Shown: positions 37,030 to 46,465 of the stretch, in pieces
Layout: each line of letters begins with the position of its first letter
Numbering within the stretch: position 1 is the stretch's first letter
From: Octopus bimaculoides
Taxonomy: Eukaryota
Direction: 5' to 3'
NCBI RefSeq assembly: GCF_001194135.2
Contig: NC_068995.1
Span: 25,305,561-25,352,025, forward strand
Length of the DNA stretch: 46,465 bases
Notes under the pieces: generated by a model
The model's database searches: none
What the model was told of the DNA's origin: nothing
Seen by the model: only the letters and a program-made list of their open reading frames with translations
Program-made: the position numbers and the translations under genes

Positions 37030-40000
37030 GTGGACTTTGTGCCATTCAAATACGAATCTAAAAATGGGAAATCGACATTTCTATCAGTTAACTTAATTGT
37101 TTTCGCGCTAAAATCAAGAACCATTTATCATTTCTGGATACCTGTAGACGACAGCAGATTTAAACCTGAAGGTCTTACATCAAATATACCAATGTGTCTA
37201 TATCACAGCTTCAAAAGTTAAAATTGATTTGTGAGAGCAATTCATTTCACATAATTGACGCTATAATTCAACACCAGAGTTCAAAATTAATATCGCTTGG
37301 TGCAGACATTCAGAAGAATTTGAGTAACCTTGAACAGGTATGTTCTTCTAAAAATCATTTCAGTTATTTGTGCATTTGCCTGATGAAGTTTAAGAAAAAG
37401 GGAATTTCGTTCCTGAGGATAAAAACGGAAACGAAGCTGAAAAAGTTGATTTTCCATTCCTGTGAGCCAATGAGCAAGGGAACATTTTGGTTGAGAGCGT
37501 TTGATTTGAAATATGAGAAGTCATTTTTACTCTTGGGACAAATGTTATGTAACAAGTTTGTTGACGTTGCTATACAACCTACTACCATTTTATTTTATGG
37601 AAGCAATTTTTTCGGAGATGTCTATGTTTATGGTAGTTTAAATTTATCAGTATCACAAGAACTAGCCGCTCAGATAACAACACGCTACTTGCCACAATGA
37701 CTCCTACAGTTCAACAGGTTCAAATTACTAATCGCCAAGTTTGCCTATACGACTGTAGTCGTTTTACCCTTGCATACGCATTTGAACTAGTGATTGGAAA
37801 CTCACCAGAGAAGTTTTTATTTGATCTGTCAAAATGCGAACTCATTTGAAATTTTGCCTTGAGAACAATAAATTTGTTTCTTTCCTGAAAGTAAAAGTTT
37901 TTCAAATGCCAGCAAAAACCAAAGAAATCACTCACTTTTTATCACTCACCAAGAATGGATTACTCCTAGAAAGACTACTAAAAGTTATGACTTCTCATAT
38001 AATCATACAAAACAATTTTAATCACCCAATAGGTTTCCTGTTTTAAATGAAGAATTCAGACAAAAATCAAAAGATAGTCACAAATCAAGTGAAAGTAAGA
38101 CTGGGTAAAACACTTGTTCAAGAAAATCCATCACACTAGTCGGTTATAAATTTATCTAAACCAAAACTTTCACCAGATGATATTTTTGTCTTAGAGCTTG
38201 GAGTGAGTTTCTGCCCAAGCACTAAGAACTTCAACAGAAATAAAATTAACTAGTTCAAGGATAGTTTCAGTTTGTTTGCCGTCTCAAGATGAAGGAATAT
38301 TTTTTGAAAACGACATAGTAACGGGGAGCCAGAAAACCCTATATTTATTGAAAATGATGATGATCGAATCTTGCATAACTGGATTGAAAAGAATCCCAAT
38401 TGGTATCCAGATGAAGTTCGAGATGGAGGTTTACAAACACTGCTGCAATTACTTGAATCTTGTCAGACAAGCATTAAGGAATGCCTTATAACAAGTAGAA
38501 AGAAGTCCTAGAATAACCTCACAAATTCCCAGCATTACGTCTTGCTAAAAATGAGTCCATTGTTATTATAAAGGCGGATAAGCGGGGTGCTATTGTGATT
38601 ATGGTCAAAAGGGAGTATATTTCGGCTTGTGAAGAAGTTTTAAGTGACAAAACTTCACATGAAGAATTACCTGTCGATCCAAACCCCAATTACAGACAGG
38701 AACATGACAAAATAATTCTGGAAATGGAGGAAAACAATTTCATAATTAAGGCTGAATCCAGGACTTTACGGTCAGAAGAAAAAACACCTATATTTTATAG
38801 TCTCCTCAAAATACACGAAAAGTTCGAACAATTTCCTCCAATGCACCCAATTTGCAGCGGATATGAATGTTGCACAGCCAAAATTTCGGAGTGGCATGAT
38901 GGTTTTCTACTCCCTGTAGCAAAAAGATCAAGTTCTTATATTCGTGATACTTTTGATCTTGTGTCCGAAATTAACCTTTCTAAGCACCAAAGTAGTATCA
39001 AAAACTTATTTTAGGTAACCATGGATGTTTCTTCACTATATCCCAATATTGACCACGATGTGGAGATAGAAGCATGTACGAATGCCCTTGAAAACGGTCA
39101 AACAAAAGTATTCCATCTACTTTTCTCTGTAAATCATTGAAGTTTGTGTTACAAAGTAACACAATGAATTTGGACAAACATTTTACCACCAGACGAGGAA
39201 TTTGTGCCGTTGATACCCCCTTAGCAGTTAATTTCGCTACTGTCTTCATGACGAAATTTGAAAAACAGTTAATGAAGGCAATCAAATTCCGACATGGTCA
39301 TGAACCAATATTCTGGTTGCGGTTCATTCATGACGTCATTTTTCTGGGAAGGATCACAGGACAGTTTAATCAACTTCTTGCATTTCTGTAACTGCTATGC
39401 TAAAAATTAAAGTGCAATATAAAATTCACGTCGAGTTTTTCAAAAACTAGCGTTGAGCTTTTGCACACAAAAGATAAGTTTTTAGGAAGCAGAATAGTGA
39501 CAGAGGTATTTTGCAAGCTCACTTCATTCAACATTTACTTTCACCGCCGCTACGATCATCCACATCATATAATTCGGTCAAATCCGAAATCCCAATTTTT
39601 GAGGATAAAACTGATTTGTACTGATATAGGGGATTAATGGAAACATGCAAATGCTTTTATACGCCATTATGTCAAACGACAGTACAGTGAATCACGATTA
39701 CAGGAAATCGCAAATGACATAGCTAAGATTAGCAAGGCAAGGCAAGTCAAACTTCCACGCATAATTTTAGCAACCAAAGTAAATTTTGTGATGGAATTCC
39801 TTTAGTGCTTAACTGGCACCGAAATTTCGCTTGCATTTCAAAAGTGTTTCATGGAAGTTACCAACTTATTGCGGAAAAATATCCTCGTTTCAAGCAAATA
39901 TCCTTTCAACTGCCTATTGTAGCCTTTAGACACAATAAGAATATAAAGAAATATCGACTACTACCTTAATCCCAAGAAAACTACTATTGGAGTTTCTGAA

Positions 40001-40109
40001 CGCTGTCAAAAGGGAGACACTGTGGAGGAATGAATAAACTGACAGATAAATTTCACAAAACTGTCCCACTAAGAATTCTTTTTCCTATTTTCTTCTTCTT
40101 CTTCTTCTT

Positions 40110-40740
40110 CTTATTATTATTATTATATTGTCTTTGCACAGCTTCTAGCGCTGGGGATGTTCTACGGTGTCAGCTGTTAACTACCAGTGAACTAAGATAA
40201 CACCCCTTAGTTTTCGGGCACCTTCCGGAGTTTTCGAGCAGTTCCAAGCAGTGCTGTTTTCTGCAAGTGTTCCGCCCTTATTGCAGCCCCTATTTGTTCC
40301 ATGCACTTCTCAAGATTTTTGCTCACTATTCCCAGGGCTCCGACAATTACTGGTACTACTACCACCTATTTCAGCGACCATAACTGCTTTACCTCCCAAG
40401 CTAACCTGTTATATCTACCGATTTTTCTTTCTTCCTTATCGCATACCTTGTTGTCAGCTGGGCATGTTATATCTATGATTCAGCATCGTTTGGTTTCTTT
40501 CTCAATTAACACTATGTCAGGTTTCCTATTCTCTATCTCATGGTCACACTGAATCATAGAATCCCATAGGATCTTTGCATTTCGATGATGCATTTTCGAT
40601 GATGCCTTCAGGCTTATGTCAAGTCCATACTTGTTGCAAAGTCTCGAATGGACAATCCTTGCTATATTGTCATGACGTCTCTTATATTCTTTCTTGGATA
40701 GTGGCGTACATTGACTGGTAATATACCATACGGTTTCATC
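40110..40740 (-). mobile_element. R4/Dong-like 3' fragment (zinc knuckle, RLE, tail)
   Basis: ITSQCTPLSKKEYKRRHDNIARIVH..KILWDSMIQCDHEIENRKPDIVLI..IIDITCP..VPVIVGALG..LQKTALLGTARKLRKV*, followed by an (AAT)/(GAA) tail. Confidence 0.88.
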
Positions 40741-40765
40741 ATCATCATCATTATCATCATCATAA

Positions 40766-40794
<29 letters not shown>

Positions 40795-40800
<6 letters not shown>

Positions 40801-41600
40801 TCACTTTATCACAAGTTTTGTTGGAGCTCCTGGAGTCTTGCATGCGTACCTGCAGCCTACGGTACCGTGCTATCCGTTCTTTTCAGCTATCTAATAGTTC
40901 CCTGATTATTCTGGTCGTGCCAAGGAGGCAAGCCTTTTATAACAGCTCTACTGAGCACTCTATTCCAGCAATAATTGGCACTATCTTCACTTTCATCTTC
41001 CATAGCCGGGCTATTTCGGGGTTGTATTTATCTATCTTTTCGCTTTCCTTCTTGACTATTCGTGAGTGAAAGGGGCATGCAACATCTACTATATAGCATA
41101 TGTGGTGCATCTTGTCCACCACCACTAGGTCCGGTCTGTTATGCTATAGTACCTGATCTGTTTGGATTGGGAAATTCCACAGAATTTTTCTAGTCTCCGA
41201 CTCTGCCACTCTCTGTTTTTTGTTCTCATACCGCATCTTATTTCTTATTTCTTTACTGCCCACAAGGGGCTACACAGATAGGGGACAAACAAGGAAGGAG
41301 AAACGGATTAAGTCGATTATATCGACCCCAGTGCGTAACTGGTACTTATTTAATCGACCCAGAAAGGATGAAAGGTAAAGTCGACCTCGGCGGAAAATGA
41401 ACTCAGAACGTAGCGGCAGACGAAATACCGCTAAGCATTTCGCCCGGCGTGCTAACGTTTCTGCCAGCTCACCGCCCTTCTCATACCGCATCTTGCCACT
41501 CTCTAGCCCCAGCTTTTCGCACAGTTTCCAATGTAGAACTTTCGCTATCTGATCGTGTCAACACAACGTATAGTGGTTGTGGGCAAGTCTAGGGCATTCG
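40795..41600 (-). mobile_element. Second R4/Dong-like 3' fragment (different subfamily), interrupted by a SINE
   Basis: ECPRLA..HDQIAKVLHWKLCEKLGL | SINE | KILWNFPIQTD..NRPDLVVVDK..IVDVACPF..KESEKIDKY..KACLLGTTRII. Confidence 0.85.
41240..41477 (-). mobile_element. Young tRNA-SINE family 2 with a 17-bp target-site duplication
   Basis: TSD ttctcataccgcatctt at 41223-41239 and 41478-41494; head gggcggtgagctggcagaaacgttagc; (AAGAAAT)-type tail. Confidence 0.92.
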
Positions 41601-42409
41601 TTCGTAATATGGGCAATAAGCATTCACAGGTATTTATAGTTGGATTGAGGTTGAATTACCTTCATCATTTCACTACTTGGCAACCATATGCCTTCTGTTC
41701 TGACAAACTTTCCTCGTTCCATCACCATCGTAGAACATTTTGAGAGGCAAAACTCCATCATGACTATTATTTTTGCCATAGATATGTACAAACTGCATAC
41801 AACTGGCAAACTATAGACTGTCAATGTTTCGTGCCTGTTTTTTTTTTTGTTACCTGATATTGTACGTCGTCAGTAATGAAATTCTGCTTTTGAGGACCCA
41901 TTAGTAGTATTTGTAATTGGGTACCAAAATATATGCATTTCACAACTGTTAATGACAGAGCACTGTATAAAATCTCTTGATAGCCTTAGGAAAGCAATGC
42001 ATGACCACACATCGTAAAAACAGCGATATTTTGTGTTCAATTTCTGTTGATTACCTTTCCTAGAGGTTTAATAGAAGCTTGCGTTGATAAGGTCGTTGTG
42101 TAACCCTAACCCTAAACTTAACTGAACCTCAGATAACCATTTAATCGTCCACAAAATTATATTATTTAGTCATCAGCATTATTGTTTGAAAATTTTCTAA
42201 GATCTCTACAAGCAGTTAAAAGTAATAGTTTTATTAGCAATAATCTTCACACGAAAAGGTTTCTATTTTTAATGACTCTTTTATGTTACTTTACTTTTCC
42301 TTTTATTTCTATTTCTTATAACAAATAGTTTTCGTTAGGTAATGCCTGAAATAAACTCGTATCTTAGAGTAGAAAAAAAAATTCTACAACACCACCTCCA
42401 TTAACAACA

Positions 42410-43155
42410 ATGATGATAATGATTATTATTGTTGTTGTTGTTGTTGTTGTTGTTATTATTATTATTATTATCATTATTAGCGAACTTTAGCTTAGCTGAA
42501 ATATGTTTGTGACATATTTCAAGCTCTAAAGGCAAATTCACTGCAGTTACTGCGGAGAAAAAAAAAATCTCTCTAATGACAAAAGGTGTAAAAACACCCT
42601 ATCTACTCAGTGCTGCCCCTATCAGATTCCCAGACTCAATTCTAACTCGTTAGCTGTTATCAATGGTAAATACAGAAAAGAGGTAGCTTTAAGCAGATTT
42701 TAAAGCAGTAATTTTAACTAAAACATAATCAACAACATTGACTGAGTTGTGCCAGGTAGGAAGAAATTCAGCAGTATCAGCGCCAAGCAATGTTTAATCA
42801 TAAACGAACTTTAAGATAGCTAAAATGTTTGGGACGTATTTCAACTACTAAAGGCAAATTCACTGCAGTTACCATGGAGCAAAATTCTTTCTTGTGGTAA
42901 AAGTTTTAAAACACCATATCTGACAAGCGTTGTCCCCTATCGTGTTCTCAGACACGTTTCTAGCTCTTTCGATATTATGAATGTGAAATACACACAGTCG
43001 CACAATCTCGTGTTTAAGATGATTATATAGGTCTATTTTTTCACTTTCTCTCTTAATTATTCGTGGGTTAAAGGGACACACAACATCAGTTACAGAGCAC
43101 GTGTTTCACCTTGTCCATCATCGCTAAGTCCGGCTTGTGGGTATGATAGAGAATA
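42410..43155 (-). mobile_element. Two tandem old R4-like 3' ends
   Basis: RLE peptide KPDLAMMDK..PFNPRIIKRESEKIDLY at 42950-43150; a shared ~140-bp block (taaaggcaaattcactgcagttac) at ~42480-42625 and ~42805-42945; (AAT/AAC)n tail at 42410-42478. Confidence 0.6.
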
Positions 43156-43159
43156 AGAA

Positions 43160-44353
43160 TTACAGAATTTTATAGGACTTCTTAATAAAGACTAACCAGA
43201 TAACGTCCCCACCACCAAAAGAAAAAAAAACAGAATGCAAGATCATAGATTTTGCATAGATTTTGCAAATAAGATTTGTCTTAGAAAAATGTGCCAAAGT
43301 AACCCTGGAAAGAGGAAAGCTAGTTAAGAGTACCAACATGGCACTAGATAAAGCAAACGAAATAAGAGAATTAGGCGAAAGCCAGACATACAGATAGTTA
43401 GGAATCAATGAACTAGATACGATACACAAATGATACACAAATGAAAGATACTCTAGATAAACAAATGAAAGAAAAGATAAAAAAGGAATACTATAGACGA
43501 GTTAGATTAATACTAAAAACAGAGCTCAATGCAAAAAAAAACCAAGATAATAGGTATCAATACTCAAGTCGTCTCAGTTATAAAGTACAGCTACAATATT
43601 CTTAACTGGACTCTAAATGAACTAATCAAAATAGACAGGAAAACAAGAAAAATAAGGACAGGATTTAGAATGACATAGAAAGGCTATAAATACAACGTAC
43701 CGAAGGAGGCCTTATAAAGCTAGAAAACTATTACAGCGTAACCACCATAGCACTACAGAAATACCTACTTCAGAAGCAAGGAAAACTAATACAAATAGCC
43801 ACAAAACACAAACAAAACAAAACAAATGCTTTCAGTGTTTAAGGAAGCTGAAAATTACAAAAAAGAACTCACAGTACCTAACAGCTATGAAGAAAAAGAA
43901 GAAACAACAAAAGCTATAAAATAAGTGAGATCAAAACTAAAACTGGACTAGCAACGGATCATGATAAAACGATGGCAAGAAAAGCCCCTTCATGGCAAAA
44001 ATTGGGTTAAACTAAACAGAAAAGAAGTAGACATAGCAAAATCCCAACAATGGCTGAGAAGTTCAGGATTCAAAGCATAGACTGAGTGAAGGATTTTTTA
44101 TTTGAAGCACAAGATCAAAGCCTTTCCGCGAGAAATCACCAAAAACATGTAATGAAAAGAAATACAAATAACTTAAGAATATGTGGATATGAAGAAGAAA
44201 CAATAAATCATATTGTTTCTGACTGCCTAGTCATGGCTAAGAAGGAATATATTCATAGACACAACAGAGTTGGGACCTATATGTACCGCAACAAACCACA
44301 GCACATATCCAAGGCACACAAAAGTGCGCTCGGTAATGAAGTGAAAACACGTG

Positions 44354-44405
<52 letters not shown>
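43160..44405 (+). mobile_element. 5'-truncated R4/Dong-like element (RT C-terminus and zinc knuckle, RLE missing, 3' tail plus (AAT)n)
   Basis: EKCAKVTLERGK..YR*LGI..KKEYYRRVRLILKTELNAK..DRKTRK..QEKPLHGK..AQDQSL..RICGYEEETINHIVSDC..EYIHRHNRVG, joined directly to the tail. Confidence 0.88.
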
Positions 44406-44406
<1 letters not shown>

Positions 44407-44469
44407 TAATATTTATAAATAAATAAATACATAAAATAAAAATAAATTTTAAAAATCTCAATAATAATT

Positions 44470-46465
44470 TAACTTTACTTAAAAAGAAAAGAAAATTTCA
44501 AACAGTGATTTGTCCCAAGTTAAGCCCTCAAAGTTCACCACCACAACGATCACAAAATCAATGTAAAAGAGCTAAATGGAACCGGGAAGGATATAAAGAG
44601 GTAATATACGCTTATTACTTTGCATTAAGTAGGCCAACCCAAGAGAAACACACTGCAAACTCCTACCGAATTTGGAGGAGCCGGAAACCAGCTAGCAGAC
44701 CAAACCTGGAGGAAAACAAATTAGCAAATGTTAGAAGAGATATCATCAGAAATACCAGACTCACAGATGCAGAATTAACCTCTATTAAAAACGTGGTAGA
44801 GAATGACCTAAATATAAGTCAGGAAAGGAATAATGAAGCAGGGGAGGGGAATGTCGAACCACAAGCATTGACTGAAAGGCGACCATCTGCCGAAACCACT
44901 CAAGAGTCTGAAGAAAAAGGAAAATATAATGACCCTAGAAAAACAGCCAAGAAAATGATGTCGAAACATAATTTGAAGACCACATATTTGCTGAACAACA
45001 CAGAAAATCTATCATTGAAATGAAGCAGGAAGTTTTGAATGAGCTTGCAGTTGTAGAGCATGCAAATATGAATGATAGGGAACCACTCCTTAAACTCTCA
45101 AATGCACACCAACATAAGACACAAATAAAAATTGGCAACTGCGTTGCACAAGAAATCATACAACAACTAAAACCCGATCTTAATAAGTTAAGTGAAATTA
45201 TTTACTCTGTTGCTAAGGTAATCGAAAGACGCTGTTTAACACCCAAAAAGCCAACAATACCAAATTCGAAAAGAAAATCAAGCTGGAGGAGTAGAATTAA
45301 AACTGAGATTGAATCATTGCGAAGGGAGATATCAATATTAACAGAGCTAATCTCTGGAAATGATGTAAGATCGAGAAATGGCAGGAAAATTGTGAGAAAA
45401 TATGGACTCTTAACAAGAGAACTAATGTCAGCGAATGAAACACTTAAACAAAAAGTTCAAGAAAAAGCTCAGAGAATACGCAGATTTGAGAAAAGAATCA
45501 GATTCTACAGGCAAAATAAGATGTTCAAATCCAATGCCAAATCATTTTACAGGAAAATAGGGAAAGAAAAAATAACCATTGAAAATCCACCCATAATGGA
45601 AGAAGTTGAAAACTTTTGGAAAGGGATCTGGAGTGATGAGAAACCATACAATGAAAATGCAGACTGGATCAAACGCACCCAAGATGCCTACAAAAATCTA
45701 CAAGAACAGGTATGGGAAGACATCTCAATCGCCGACCTAAGGAGGGCACTAACGAAGGCTCATAAGTGGAAATCCCCTGGTACTGATAGAGTATCAAATT
45801 TCTGGCTCTCATCACTCTCGTCCGCACAAAAAATGTTAGTAATACTATTTAATAGTATTATGAAAGACCCAGAAAAAACTCCTCATTGGATGGCAAATGG
45901 TATTACTTACCTCCTCCCGAAAAATAACGAAACCAAAGATCCAAAAAACTACCGGCCTATAACATGTTTGTCTACTACCTATAAGATTTTAACATCTATT
46001 CTAGTGGAGAAAACATATACGTTTAAGGAAGAGAATAACCTCTTTCCCGCAGAACAAAAGGGATGGAGACGAAGGTCATATGGATGCAAATATTAGCTCC
46101 TAATTAATCGCATGATCCTTGAGAACTGCCATAACAAGCGCAGAAATCTCAGCTCTTCATGGATTGATTATAAAAAAACCTTTGACAGCATACCACATTC
46201 GTGGATTCTGAAATCGCTGGAGATTTTCAAAATTTCTCCTGTGATTTCAGATTTTTTAAAGTATAATATGTCACTATGGAACACGAAGCTGCAATTATAT
46301 CATTCTAATGGAGTATTGCACTCAAACAATATTAGCATAAACTGTGGCATTTTCCACATAGCACTAATACCACTCTCAAGTGAACTGAATAGAACAGGGT
46401 ATGGCTACAAAACTGACAACAGGAAAATAAGCCATCTATTTTATATGGATGATTTAAAGCTATAT
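44470..46465 (+). mobile_element. R4/Dong-like element 5' half (N-terminal domain plus RT through YMDD), continuing beyond the window
   Basis: KRAKWNREGYKEVIYAYY..NKLANVRRDI; KWKSPGTDRVSNFW; DPKNYRPITCLSTTYKILT; EQKG; WIDYKKTFDSIPHSWI; LFYMDDLKLY. One frameshift (~45020), one stop (46094), and the QG..SP motif is missing. Confidence 0.92.

Larger units (their letters stand above)
36600..40075 (+). mobile_element. Penelope-like element, near-complete N-terminus plus RT and thumb, truncated at the start of the endonuclease
   Basis: RAKIKNHLSFLDTCRRQQI.PEGL; LSPDDIFVLELGVSFCPSTK; IIKAD..GAIVIM; FYSLLKIHEK..PMHPICSG; VTMDVSSLYPNIDH; PLAVNFATVFMTKFE; WLRFIHDVIF (catalytic motif mutated); HPHHIIRSNPKSQFLRIK; PIVAFRHNKNIK; many frameshifts. 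Confidence 0.88.

Noticed and set aside
42900-43200. Head-to-head R4-like pieces suggesting a twin-priming 5' inversion
   Set aside because: The inverted piece resembles the 40.8-41.6 kb subfamily, looks older, and derives from downstream rather than upstream sequence; independent insertions are more likely.
1-46465. CRISPR arrays, rRNA or bona fide tRNA genes, prokaryotic operons
   Set aside because: None seen. tRNA-like segments are SINE heads without complete cloverleaves, and the sequence is eukaryotic repeat-rich DNA.

Overview
AT-rich, microsatellite-dense eukaryotic DNA with many N gaps (about 6-7 kb in total). The SINE families and repeat landscape look like a coleoid cephalopod, probably Octopus; this is an inference from recalled repeat consensus sequences, not a database search. 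I find no confidently supportable host gene. Almost all long ORFs in the track come from N-runs, microsatellites or decayed transposons. Contents: (i) at least 8 fragments of R4/Dong-like RLE non-LTR retrotransposons, densest at 40.1-46.5 kb around (AAT)n tracts; (ii) two Penelope-like elements (2.1-4.3 kb and 36.6-40.1 kb); (iii) pogo, Tc1 and mariner DNA transposon remnants; (iv) two abundant tRNA-SINE families; and (v) a series of minimal type-I hammerhead ribozyme (HHR) motifs from several unrelated repeat families. The best candidates for something undescribed are a Penelope-like element whose 5' end reads HHR, then a 62-nt GT-AG intron, then a 2A-like VEPNPGP motif, then the RT ORF; and a tRNA-headed SINE-like element with an HHR-bearing tail. 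All motif calls were made by eye and need computational confirmation.
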